Notes: generated from the letters alone by a model not told the origin. Shown: positions 49,269 to 62,700, numbered from the stretch's first letter. The stretch: DNA of 64,000 nucleotides from Octopus sinensis (GCF_006345805.1 NC_043004.1:70494001-70558000); one strand, 5' to 3'. Numbers and translations are program-made.

Positions 49269-49974
49269 AACGTTGCCAGTGTTGCTGTTGTTAACCATGC
49301 TGCTATTTGAATTATAGTTGACAGTATTATAGTTGTCGGTGTTGTTATTTTTGTGTTATTGTCGTTGTTAGGTGTTTTTGTTAATGCTCTTGCTGCCGTT
49401 GTTAGAGTTGTTGTAGTTGTTGTTAGCATTTCTGCTGTTGCTGTTTTCTCTAACCTCTCCCAGTGTCACTTCCACCCCATGGTGTGTTACAAGTCTTTCT
49501 TGCCCCACCACCAAGTTGTTCCCAATCCCATATACTATCCCAGAATATTCCATTTCTCTGAAGGGAACTAAACACGATACCCTAAGGATTAGCTGTGGTA
49601 GGAGGGAGACAGAATGGTAGGAGGAAGAGAAAGGGAAGGTAAAAAAAACAGAGAGAAGAAAAAGAAAGTGAGACAAGGAGAGTTAGAGAGGAGTGGAAAG
49701 AGGGAGTCAAAAGTGGATAAAGAGAAAGAGAGAGAGGGAGAGATTCAGAGAATGAGTCAGAGGGGGGAGGAGAGAGAAGGAGAGAGAGGGAAGAGAGAGT
49801 CAGAGATATTCGGAATGGGAGTCAGAAAGAGCTAGAAAGAAAAGGAGGGCAAGAGAGGAAGGGTGCATGAAAATAGAAGAAATTTAAGATGCTTCATTTT
49901 CCAGTTGCATGATTGTTAACCACACACACACATATACACACTACACTTACAACATGCATATACACATGTTATAT

Positions 49975-51243
49975 AGAATATATATATATATATAGAGAGA
50001 GAGAAAGAAGAATGAGAGAGAATACATCAAAATAACATATATTGACCTATACATCATCATTATCTCATCATCAGCAGCATCATCATCATTATCATCATCA
50101 TTGGTGTCATCATCATCATCATCACCACCACCACCATCATCATCATCTGCCTACTCGTCAGCTTCTTTAACCTGAGAATGAACCAACCAGGTAATTCTAT
50201 ATAGACATGTCTCTAGTTTTCTTTATTTTTTCTCCATTTTTTTTTATTCAATGAATTCCTTTACTCTTTTACAGGCTTCAGTCACTAGACTGTGGTCATA
50301 CTGGAGCAGCATATCTAAGGGGATTTTTGGCAATTATACTTATCTTCAGTATTTAGTTCATCAATTTCTGTTTATGATACTTCACTACTTGAGTAAAAAA
50401 ACATTATACAAACACAGATACATCGTTATTTTAAATATACTTTTTATGTATATCCCACCCACCCACCCACCCACAACCTAGCATGATTTTTTATGAATAT
50501 ATCATGGAGATATTGTGCCATAGTTGGATGCTCTTCCTGTCACTAACACTAACTGATCTCTTATGCCTTATATCATCGAAGGACGATTTGTTGACAACGG
50601 AAATGAGAATATATATATATAGAGAGAGAGAAAGAATGAGAGAGAATACATCAAAATAACATATATTGACCTATACATCATCATTATCTCATCATCAGCA
50701 GCATCATCATCATTATCATCATCATTGGTGTCATCATCATCATCATCACCACCACCACCATCATCATCATCTGCCTACTCGTCAGCTTCTTTAACCTGAG
50801 AATGAACCAACCAGGTAATTCTATATAGACATGTCTCTAGTTTTCTTTATTTTTTCTCCATTTTTTTTTATTCAATGAATTCCTTTACTCTTTTACAGGC
50901 TTCAGTCACTAGACTGTGGTCATACTGGAGCAGCATATCTAAGGGGATTTTTGGCAATTATATTTATCTTCAGTATTTAGTTCATCAATTTCTGTTTATG
51001 ATACTTCACTACTTGAGTAAAAAAACAATTATACAAACACAGATACATCGTTATTTTAAATATACTTTTTATGTATATCCCACCCACCCACCCACAACCT
51101 AGCATGATTTTTTATGAATATATCATGGAGATATTGTGCCATAGTTGGATGCTCTTCCTGTCACTAACACTAACTGATCTCTTATGCCTTATATCATCGA
51201 AGGACGATTTGTTGACAACGGAAATGAGAATATATATATATAG
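49975..51243 (+). repeat. Near-identical direct tandem duplication (~631 and ~621 bp units)
   Basis: Units start at 49975 and 50606, and the junction motif agaa(ta)n occurs a third time at 51227; the ORF track shows twin ORFs at 50251 and 50875. Confidence 0.95.
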
Positions 51244-51440
51244 TTGAAACTTATAGGAAAGCAAAAGACGAAGACAAGTGTATGAACAACAAGCAAGTGT
51301 ATTGGCTTGATGCTCAGGAAAAATGTAAAAGTCTTTTATGTTTCAAGCCTATGCTCTTCAACAGAAAGGAATGAGAATATAAACAGAGAGAGAATGAAAA
51401 AAACTTGTAGATTTCAGTGGTCCAAACATGGTGAATCCAT
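51243..51440 (-). mobile_element. Penelope-like pseudo-LTR remnant in (TA)n
   Basis: Contains a degenerate minimal hammerhead; (TA)n on both sides. Confidence 0.55.
51333..51368 (-). ncRNA. Degenerate minimal type I hammerhead ribozyme
   Basis: - strand reads CTTT-CTGTTGA-A-GAGC-ATAG-GCTT-GAAA-CA-TA-AAAG; A6U core change; stem III CA looks like a decayed palindromic CG. Confidence 0.45.
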
Positions 51441-51562
51441 ATATATATAAGCTTCTTGCAGTTTCTATCTATCAGATCACTCGCAAGACTTTAGTCATCC
51501 TGGGGCTATAATAGGAGTCATTTGTCCCAAGGGGCCATTTAGTGGGACTAATCTGCAATCAG

Positions 51563-51600
<38 letters not shown>

Positions 51601-51840
51601 GCACACACTGGCACACATACACAACACACATTCACTCACACACATATACACACAAACAAACACACACATACATAGATGCTGACGTGTTGAAATTGCACTG
51701 GTGTCTGTTGGGCATCTGAGGAGGGAATTTCTGGTTTCTTTGAATGTATTCTTTAGTTGGTTATGTTTCTGTGTTTTGGTGAAAGATGTAGCTTACTTTG
51801 TTGACTTATGATGTGGGATAAACATATTGCATATGTGAGT

Positions 51841-51877
<37 letters not shown>

Positions 51878-52416
51878 TTAAACATAGGGCCAGTTTTATG
51901 AATACATAGTGATGAAATTGTAGCAAAATTCGAATGAAACCTAAAACACTTTACTACAAGGTACAAAGTTGTTCATGATAACTGAATAAATTATACACTC
52001 GTAACCAATGAATAAACTGTACACCCACTATCATTGAATCAATTATACACCCATGATCATAAAATAAAGTATAAACATATCATTGAATAATGATGCATGC
52101 ATCATCATCATCATCATCTCTTTAATGTCTACTTTTCCATGCTTGCATGGGTCAGATGGACTTTGTTGAAGCAGATTTTCTAAAGCTGGATGCCCTCCCA
52201 GTCACTAACCCTGTTTCCTAGTATGGTAGTATTTCCCCCATGGCTGGACATGTTTCTACAGAAGTTTGGAAATGAAGGACATTGCTTGTATGAAGGGGAC
52301 ACTCATTTAAAACAGTCATGCAAAATCAAGACAAGACACATCAATTCACACACAAGTAAGCACTCACACACAAGCAGACACACACACACACACACACATG
52401 CGCGCACACACACACA

Positions 52417-52452
<36 letters not shown>

Positions 52453-52509
52453 CGCGCACACGCACACACACACAGACACACACACACACACACACATATA
52501 AAGATGCTT

Positions 52510-53320
52510 TTGGTCATGAATTACCTTGGAATTACACCTAGAAAGTTCCCCCCTGTGGCACAAGTCTGGGCAAGGTCACTTATGAAAGACCAGCACTCAC
52601 CCATGCATGCTACCGATGCTATCCAAAGGAAGGGCAAAGGCTGATACAGCTTGGCACCAGTGATGTCATAACTCATTTTCACAGCTGAGTGAACTGGAAC
52701 GACATGAAATAAAATATCTTGCTCAAGAACACAACACACAACCTGCTCCAAGAATCGAACTCACTACCTCATGATTATGACTTTGATGCTAACCAATAAT
52801 ATTCTTTCAGTTTCTGTTCACTAAATCCGCTCAGAAAGCTTTGGTCAGCTACAAAGCCATAATAGAAGACACTTGCCCAAGGTGCCATGCAGTGGGACTC
52901 AACCTGAGACCATGTTTGAGAAGCAAACTTCTTACCACAGAACCACTGGAAATTACAAAAGAAAAGAAAAGCAAAAATTAATGAGAAGCTACCCTAAGAA
53001 ACATAGATATAGGTATGGCTGTTTGGTTAAGAAGCTTTTTTGTAATCATGGGGTTTCAAGTTCAGTCCCACTGCATGGCACCTTTGGCAAGTGTCTTCTA
53101 CTATAGCTCCAACCAACCAATCAATGCTTTGTGAATGGATTTGGTAGAGTAAAACTGAAAGAAACCCATCATATATGTAGTGGAGGCACATGGCTTAGTG
53201 GTTAGGGTGTTGCACTCATGATCATAAGATTGTGGTTTCAATACTTGGACTGGGCAACACATTGTGTTCTTGAGCAAAACACTTTATTTCATGTGGCTCC
53301 AATCCACTCAGCTGAGTAAT
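52510..53320. mobile_element. SINE pile-up: family C (-) 52510-52795, family A heads 52800-52925 (-) and 53010-53175 (+), family C head 53183-53320 (+)
   Basis: Consensus matches. Confidence 0.75.
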
Positions 53321-53357
53321 CTTGTGATGGACTAGCATTCCATCAATGTGCAGACAT

Positions 53358-53750
53358 AGTAAGAAACTTGCTTCCCAACCACATGGATCCAGGTTCAGTC
53401 CCACTGTGCGACACCTTGGACAAGTGTCTTCTACTATAGCCTTGGGCTGACCAAAGCCTTGTGAGTGGATTTGGTAGATGGAAACTGAAAGAAGCCTGTC
53501 GTATATATATATATATATATATATTATGTGTGTGTGTGCACATTGGTTATTTGTGCCTGTGTTTGTCCCCCTCACCATTGCTTGGTGTTGGCGTGCTTAT
53601 GTCCACGTCACGTAGCGGTTCGGCAAAAGAGACCGATAGAATAAGTACTAGGCTTACAAAGAATAAGTCTTGGGGTCGATTTGTTCAATTAAGGGTGCTG
53701 CTCCAGCATGGCCACAGTCAAATGACTGAAACAGGTAAAAGAATAAAAGA
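53358..53750 (+). mobile_element. Bipartite SINE family A
   Basis: Consensus match. Confidence 0.85.
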
Positions 53751-53876
53751 ATGCCATGGAAACCAGGAAATCAGGAAACTGGAAAACCGGCCCTTATTAG
53801 ACAATATGACTCAAGAAGGAAAATTCTACTTTGCTTACTTACATCGTATATTATATGCGTATGTATATACATGTAT

Positions 53877-53919
<43 letters not shown>

Positions 53920-53978
53920 TTTGTGTTTGTGTTTGCCCAACACCAACACACTGTTTGACAACCTGCGTTGGTGAGTTC

Positions 53979-54683
53979 GAACTTGTGGAAGAGGTAGACC
54001 CAGGAAGACCTGGGATGAGGTGGTGAAGCATGACTTTTGAACATTAGGCCTCACTGATGCAATGACTAGTAACTGGGACCTTTGGAAATATGCTATGTTT
54101 GAGAAGACTGGGCAAGCCCAAGTGAGACCCTGACCTCATGGCCTATGCCAGGTGTGTAACCAGCACACTTATGCGTACCTTTCCTTCATTGGACACTAAA
54201 CTCTGCTTGCGAAGACCTGTTGAGGCAAGTGAAATCGAAATCGAAATCAAATTCGATGACTGGCATCCATGCTAGTGGAGTGCTACAAGCTGGCCTCCAT
54301 GCCAGTGGCACATAAAAAGCACCATTCGAGCGTGATTGTTACCTGCGACACCTTACTGGCACTTTTGCTGGTGGCACGTGAAAAAACATTCGAGCAAGGT
54401 TGTTGCGAGTGCTGCTGGACTGGCTCCTGTGCAGGTGACACATAAAAAGCACCATTTGAGCATGGCCATTGCCAGTACCGCCTGACTGGCCCTCGTGTCG
54501 GTGGCACGTAAAAGCACCCTCTACACTCTTGGAGTGGTTGGCATTAGGAAGGGCATCCAGCTATAGAAACTCTGCCAGATCAGAGTGGAGTCTGGTGCAG
54601 CCATCTGGTTCACCAGACCTCTGTCAAATCGTCCGACCCATGCTAGCATGGAAAGCAGACATTAAACGATGATGATGATGATG
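53979..54683 (+). mobile_element. RTE LINE 3' end: ORF C-terminus, ~550-bp 3'UTR and (GAT)n tail
   Basis: TCGRGRPRKTWDEVVKHDF*TLGL...WKYAM is typical of RTE C-termini; anchors the identity of the many (CAT)n-flanked fragments. Confidence 0.85.
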
Positions 54684-54849
54684 TAACCTAATAGTTTAGC
54701 AAACAGTGACCAATAGAATAAGTACTAGGCTTTAAAAAAAAGAAGTACTGGTGCCAATTTGCTTGACAGGAGGACAGGAGGACAGGAGGGAGGGAGGACG
54801 GGAGGGCAGGAGGACGGGAGGGAGGGAGGACAGGAGGACGGGAGGGAGG

Positions 54850-54889
<40 letters not shown>

Positions 54890-55659
54890 TAAATCAAGAG
54901 AGAGAGAGAGAAAGCCAAAAGAGAAAGAAAGACACCGGTGCAACCAAAATTGAAAGTACGAGTTAAGAGGAGTGTAAGAAATGTGTTGAAAAGTGAGGTG
55001 TAATAGAAAAAGTAGATGTGGTTGTGCGATGACTCTGAGCAGTGATTATTGTATAGAATGGTTCCATGGTTATAATTACATTTCCAGACAGAACAAACCT
55101 AAGTCAGCAGCTATGGCTAACTTATAGAAGATAAATCTATATTGGATTTCATACTGTTTGCTGTGAAAATTTATTTATATTTTTAATGGTTTAGTCAGGG
55201 GAGACAGAACAGCACCCATAACTCTTTTTAGGGTATTTGCGGGGAGGCTCCTAGATTGTTGAGATGAAGGGAGGAAGCTGCTTTCAGGATCAGGTATTCA
55301 GTCATTCTCAGCCTGGAGACTTAACCCTGATTGTTTTGCAAGAAAATGGATTCTGCTTATACCCCAACCCACAAAAAAAAAAAAAAAAAATCAGGTGAGA
55401 AAGTGAACAATGGATTATAAATGGTAAATTGACAGAATTGCTTATGTCAGAAAGAAAACTTTAAGATATTTGTTGTGATTCTCTGTTCTCTCAGTTCAAA
55501 TTCCACACAGGTCAACTTTGCATGTCGTTCTTTTGGGGATCAATAAAAAGAAAGAATTCAGAATAATGGATTGGTGCTATAAGGATGTTGGACCAGTGTT
55601 TGCAGTCTTTGAGTTTCAAGTCAAATCCTAGTAGTGATGCTGGCAGTAGTAACAGTGGT

Positions 55660-55980
55660 AGGAGGGGGGAGGGAAGAAGTAAGGCAGAGGAGAGGGAGTG
55701 AAACAGAGAAGGGGAGAGGGGGAAAAGTGAGGTAAAAAAGGAAGAGGAGGGAGAGAAAAAGGAGGAAGAGCAGAAAGGAGAGGAAGAGGAGGAAGAGCAG
55801 AAAGGAGAGGGAGAAATGTGGCAGAGGAAGAGGAAGAAGAGGAGAATGGGAATTGAGACAGGGGAATTGAAGAGGAAGAGGAGAGGGGGAAATGAGGCAG
55901 AGGAAGAGGAGGAAGAAGAGGAGAGGGGAAAGAGAAGGCAGAGAAGGGGAAGGGAGGAGAGGGTGAGAAGTGAATCGGAG
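55660..55980. repeat. Purine-rich low-complexity tract
   Basis: Read directly. Confidence 0.9.
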
Positions 55981-56858
55981 GAGGACCATGTTGATGACAA
56001 GAACAATGCACCACAACAGAATCACCCCAATTCTTGGGAGTCTGTAATTAGCTGCCATTCTGCCATTAGTTGAGCTTCAGTGGTGGCTGGCATTCGTTAG
56101 AGGAACACTGAAGCCTTATTTGTAAAGATATGTTAAACATAAAATGCCAGATAGATTTACGGCTGTTTAATTCCACATAAACAGTCACCTTTGTTAAAGG
56201 AAGCAAGTGTTAGCCGTTCTTCTTTTAGATTAACTTCCCCTTGGGGGTATTGAGTTGAATGATATTTATTGGGGGTTAGTATTCGGATTTGTGTGTGCGT
56301 GTGTGTGTGTGTATGTGTGTGTGAGTGTGTGTGTGTGTGCATGCGTGTGTGCGTGTATGTTGAATTGCTAATTTGTTTTGTTAGTTCCATGGTTCCATAC
56401 CATAATTTATGGAGTTGAGGAAGCAGGCCAAAAAAAAAAAAGAAGGACCAACTAAAAGCAAAAACTAAAACAATCCCTTCAAATTAAAATCTTGCCTGAT
56501 GGAATTACATCTTACCGTTTTTTCCTGCTAATTCCATTTTTGTCTTTCTTTTATATTTTTTAATTTTCTTTTTCCACTTTTACCTGATGTGGGTAAGTAG
56601 CTTGGCTTAGAACAAGCATAAGAAGGGAGAAAATATTTCAATGATTGCTTTTAGATAATGACAAAAAGTGTGTTTTTTTAAATAAAAAACCAATAAAATA
56701 GTAGAGCAGAACTTGATGAAATAGAAGGGGGAAATGTTTAAATTTATTTATTTATTTATTTATTTATTTATATAAAGATTTAAGTATGTCTCTTGAGACA
56801 ACAACCAGTTCTACACCTATGAAGTTCTCCAAGATGCAAGCCTAAAAAATTTATGTAT

Positions 56859-56895
<37 letters not shown>

Positions 56896-56947
56896 CACAC
56901 ACATACACACACTCACACACACACACATGCACGCACACACATAAATG

Positions 56948-57051
<104 letters not shown>

Positions 57052-57223
57052 ATATAAAATATAAATTAGAGATAAAACCATTATTATGCAACTCAAACAG
57101 TGATAGACTACTGGAGTTATACTCCCTAATATTATATATGTATATATATATATATATATACATATACATTCATACATACATACATACATACATAAACACC
57201 AATGCACACACATACACATATAT

Positions 57224-57289
<66 letters not shown>

Positions 57290-57923
57290 TTATCATATTA
57301 TCTCTAGCTGCCCAGTCCTGGCTAAGAAGGAATATATTCACAGACATGACAGAGTTGGAACCTACATACATTGGAAGCTATGCCAACATTATGGAATAAC
57401 AACAGAAAAAAGATGGTATAGGCACACACCAGAAAAGGTCACAGAAAACAAGAAAACAACCATACTCTGGGATATGCCGATACACACAGATAGAGAAATT
57501 AAGGCCAACAGGCCAGATATAGTTGTCAGAGATCATGAAGAAAAAAATACTTTCTAATTGATGTATCAATACCGGTAGATGACAACGTGTCTCTAAAAGA
57601 AATGGAGAAACTCTCAAAATACAAAGACCTGGAAATAGAGGTAACCAGAATGTGGAATCTGAAAACAGAAACAATTCCTATCATAGTTGGTGCATTAGGC
57701 ATGATAAAAAAATATTCAGACAAATACATAACAAAAACACCAGGACTTACAAACACATATAACATACAGAAAATTGCACTACTAGGCACTGCACACATCC
57801 TACGCAGAACACTTTCCATACAATAACCATCAGAGCATCACAACAAATCACAGCACATACCCAAGGCACACAGAGCTGAGCTCGGTAGTGAAGTGAAAGC
57901 ACGCTATAAAAATAAAACTACTG
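57290..57923 (+). mobile_element. R4/Dong-like RLE retrotransposon, 5'-truncated 3' end inserted in (TAA)n
   Basis: [21 protein letters not shown]...RPDIVV...LIDVSIP...EKLSKYKDL...GALG...ALLGTAHILRRTLSIQ*; one 1-nt frameshift in the A-run at ~57541; (TAA)n on both sides. Confidence 0.93.
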
Positions 57924-57938
57924 AATAATAATAATATT

Positions 57939-58015
<77 letters not shown>

Positions 58016-58024
58016 AAGAGAGAA

Positions 58025-58055
<31 letters not shown>

Positions 58056-58554
58056 GACAGATTGGCATGCATTCCTGTCTTCCAACCATCAAACTTTCTG
58101 AAGAGCTCAAGTTTTAACTGTTTTGACTTCTACTTTCTTAATCTCTCATTAAATGTCAAGCTAATAATTACACCTCGTTTACACCATGTTTTCTATATAG
58201 CTGTTCATGTCCTCAATTTTGAATACACACGCGCACACACACACACACACACACAAACATACACACACATCTGTGTCTGCATGAATGTGTGCATGTATGT
58301 ATGTCTGTTTTGATTTTCACTTGGAATCTCCTTCGCTTCACTCAACTCAGTAATATCCTAAACATTCAAGGAATTATTCAGAACAATGTGGAAACCAATA
58401 TTTGTTCTTGATACATGAATTAATTTTTAATCTTGAGGCTTTTATCGTTGCATTAAATCTTGGAATGGTAAAGTAATTAACATTAAAGCTAATTTCTATT
58501 GCAATGGCATTCAGTAAACTTAATTTGAATAAACTACTTTTACTTACTCACCTG

Positions 58555-59430
58555 CAAGGTGCATTCAAAAAGTATTCAACTTTATTTTTCCCAACCAAAA
58601 CTAATGCTGCCTGGGCAAAGCCCTTTTGATGGAAAGGGATGTCATCCTTCCAGCGCATGTGTAAAAATTTTCACACCACTAGGCCATGTCATTTCCCAGC
58701 CATTACAAATTTTCACATGAGATGACCAAACGGGTCAAGCAGAGACCATAAACTCATATCTCACCACCAGGGATGATTGTTTCCATGAAGTCTGGGTCCT
58801 GGTTTACACAATCCAGCAGGTTCTGAGCGATTTCTATGTGGAGTTGCTTCTGCTTCTGTCAGCACCTTGGAAGTGATTCTTGCTGACACTCTCCTCATGC
58901 ACTAATCTTCTGTTTAAATGAAATGCACTGATTCTGTGCTTATTTCCACTTTGAAAACAATTTTCTGGATTGTTACACAATGGTCTTCCATGATTATTTG
59001 CTGGACCTTCTCAACTGGTTCCTCGTTTCAGTTTGTGGATGGCCTGCCTGAGCGTGCATTGCTCTCCACTGAGTTGCAGCCATAACTGAAGTGGTTGTAC
59101 CACTCTGTGATCTGAGTTTTGCCCATGACATCATTGCCAAAGGCTTACTGAATCTTCTGGATGATTTGAGCTTGTGAATCCTCAAGCTTTTGGCAAAACT
59201 TGATGCAATATTTCTGCTTGATGCATTCAGTGACAATGAAAATCTGACAAGCATGCACTACACATCTATTCTAGGGCATAACAGCCAGGAACTGACATGA
59301 CCTACAGACATGAAAATTTTCACACAAGCACCGGAAGGGTGGTATCACTTCCTATCCAAAGGATTTTACACACGTGGCATTAGCTTTGGCAGAAAAAAAA
59401 TGACATTTGATACTTCATGAACACACCTTG
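58555..59430 (-). mobile_element. Mariner relic with ~150-bp inverted termini (two 5' ends)
   Basis: Transposase N-half KQKYCIKFC...RSGRPST...MRRVSAR...IIPGGEI*VYG, then an inverted copy of the 5' end; TA at 59431-59432. Confidence 0.88.
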
Positions 59431-60224
59431 TATTCTAGTTCATTCTTAGTTTTGACAACAAAATGACAGGTAATATTTGTAGTAATGTTGAGATGCAGAA
59501 TTTAATGCTTAGCAGGAGTTAAGATAATACTCAACCTGCTACATTCTTATTTCAAATCCCATGAAGGGGGTCAACATAGTCTTTCATCCCTCTGAGGGGT
59601 TGATGGAATAATGAATAAATAACAGTAAGGTCAATTCAATTAACAGCAACAAAGCATTTTACTGTGAAAATTAACCATTTACCACATCAAAAAAATCAAT
59701 TATATCAAACAAAAGAGCTTATATACCAATGCTTTTTCGATCTTTTAAAGATGACAGTATGCTTTCCTTTCACTAAAATTAAGACAACATATAAATAAAC
59801 TTAATTTTTAATTAAATATTGTAAATATACACTAAGAGATGTTAGACCTGCTAGAAATAAGAAACAAAACTCCCTCAAATCACATTCTGTCATCATCAGT
59901 GATGTTTTTATATTCATGTTTTTCAAGCTAGTTTGTGATGGAATAAATCTTCTGGGGCCTGTGTTTTATGGCTGGCTGCACTTCCTGACACCAGATTTTA
60001 ATTGTTTACAAGTAAGGTGTTTTATGTCACATTTTTGTGGTCAAATTGCTGAGTTGTGTATGTCCCACATTGTTTATGTGGGAGATAAACAACATCTCCA
60101 TTGTCCAAGTGATCCCAGTGTGAAAACACACGATAACATACACAGACGGGCATGTGGTGGAGTGCATGCATGTATTTTTGCATATTCATTGATATACATG
60201 GTGGAAGTTGACTCATGATGCTAC

Positions 60225-60540
60225 TTAATGAGAAAGTAAGTTATGAATTTTCTAAGGCTTGTGGTGCATTTGGAAAGCTTGAACTGAGGCTGTGGCCACA
60301 ATCAGATATCAAAGAAGAAATGAATGTTGAGGTGTATTAAGCATGTTTCTTAACTATGCTGTTGTATGGATGCAAGACCTCGACAACCTACTGCAGATAT
60401 ATCAAACATCAAGAGCAATTCTACAAGCAATGCTTGCATGGTATCCTGAAGATTTCAGGGCAGTCTCATGTACTTCACACAAGAGTATTGCAGCTGGCAA
60501 AAATGAAAAGCATCACAACCATGATTATGTATGAAGCACC
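60225..60540 (+). pseudogene. RTE LINE post-RT fragment
   Basis: SKACGAFGKL..RLW...VY*AC..TMLLYGCKT.T.Y...CL..ILKI matches the RTE/BovB pattern. Confidence 0.8.
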
Positions 60541-60569
60541 AACTTAGATTAATACACATGCATGTACAC

Positions 60570-60604
<35 letters not shown>

Positions 60605-60818
60605 TACATCATCATCATCTTCATAATTTGATGCCTGTTTTCCATGCTGGCATGTGCTAGATGGCCTGACAGGAATCAGTTAACCAGAGAGTTGCACCAG
60701 GCTCCAGTCATCTGTTTTGGCTTTGTTCTGACAGTTGCATGCCCTTCCTAATGCCAGCCACTTTACAGATTGTACTGGGTGTTTTTTTTTTCGTGTGTTA
60801 ATGGTATATATATGCATA

Positions 60819-61190
60819 GGTGCAGAAATGGTTGTATGGTAAGAATCTTGCTTCCCAATCACAGGTTCTGGGTTCAGTCCCACTGTGTTGCGCCTTTGGC
60901 AAGTGTCTCCTTGGGTTAACCAAAGCCTTGCAAGTGGATTTGGTAGACAGAAACTGAAAGAAGCCCATCATGTATGTGTGTGTGTGTGTGTGTGTGTTTG
61001 TACCCCCTCCATCGCTTGACAACCAATGTTGGTGTGTTTGCATCCCCGTAACTTAGCGGTTCAACAAAAGAGACTGACAGGATAAGTACGAGGCTTACAA
61101 TGAATAGGTGAAGGGGGAGATTTGTTGAACTAAAGGTTCTGCTCCAGCACGGTTGCAGTGAAATGACTGAAACAAGTAAAAGAATAAAAG
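60819..61190 (+). mobile_element. Bipartite SINE family A
   Basis: Consensus match. Confidence 0.8.
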
Positions 61191-62416
61191 AATACTTTTA
61201 TGTGTGCAGCTGGCCTTCCATACAGCTTCTGTCAATCCATGGATACCAAAGAAGATACAAGTCCAAGATGCCACATTGTGGATGCAAATCGAAAAGGATG
61301 AAGTTGTAAAGCGAAATTCACAACCACCCACACAGCAATGTCTACTGTCTTAAAAATGGAAGATCATATTAGATACTTGTCTGTAATCTTTTGAGGATGA
61401 TGTCACGCATTTGTTTCACTAAAAAATGAGACGACAAACAATAAATAGACAATATTTTTTAATTAAATATCAGTCATTAAATAGAAAGGTGTAATTGATG
61501 TCACATTTGTGAGTAAGCATATATCTCAAAATAAATAATCAATTTTTAATTTTAATTCGCAAATAGGAAAAACACCAGAGATAAAATATTCTGACTCACA
61601 ACGGACAATTTCACAACATACACACACATCAGAAATTACTGTACTATGTAGTCGTTCAACTTGCTAGGAATAGCAGTCAAATGTTCCTCAAATGACTTAG
61701 AAATATCTTTAAAAAAGAATAGTATAGTCCTAGATAATACTGTGATAGATATACAGGGAGGCAAGATAGTCATGGTTGGATCACCTTTGATCATAAGTTT
61801 GCTTGATAACAGCTAACAAGGGGGTTAAACATTAACTACAGCAAATCAGTTGTCTTTCAGAGGGTTAAAAACTAACAGCTTCCAATATTTTTATCTTAAA
61901 ATTATTTACCAATTCTTCATCACAAGACTAACAACATCATTTCATTAACCTAACTTCAGAGAAAATTGAAGTTTAAAATCAATCAATCTTAATTAATTAA
62001 TGTGTATCTGTTCCTGTACTTTTGAGTAAGTATGTAAACCATGTTTGTGTGTACTTGTGTGGGTATACCTACACATGTGTGTGTGAATATATGCACAGGC
62101 ATGTTTGTATGTATATGTGTATAAGTGTGAACATATGTGTGTGCATTTACTTGTGTATGTGTGCATAAGTGTATATGTCAATGTGTGTGTGTTCATGTTT
62201 GTGTACTTGTGTGAGTGTGTGTGCATGCATGTATGTGTATATGTATGTCTGTACAGTTCTGTATTAATATTTAAGTTCTTTTCTCTCACACACATTCTGT
62301 CTCCCTCCCCCTCTCTCCTCTTTCTCTCTTTCTATTTCCTTCCCTCTCTCTTTCTCCCTATCTCTCTCGTACACTCCTCTCTGCAGAAAGAGCATGTTAC
62401 TAACATGTATCTATGG

Positions 62417-62697
62417 TAGAAGGTTACCAAAGTGAGGAAATACTAATCAGAGGAATGAGGCTGGCTGGCTAGTGACTGTCAGAGACTCCAGAAGTTCCCA
62501 ACCAGGCAGCCAGGCAGCCAGCTGGTACTACAGAAGCCAACATATGGACATCAAAAGAAAGGGTGTTCGACGCCAACATATGTGGATGTCCTAGAGAAAG
62601 ATCTAGAAGCAAAAACCATTGATGGTTCACAAGATGTATAGAAGGCGAAAATGGATGGTGGCACTTGAGGACTCGTCTGAAGATGACCTAAATAATA

Positions 62698-62700
<3 letters not shown>
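62417..62700 (+). mobile_element. Decayed RTE-like LINE 3' end of a second family
   Basis: Fragments of MRLAG and TYVDVLEKDL followed by a (TAA)/(TGA)n tail. Confidence 0.55.
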
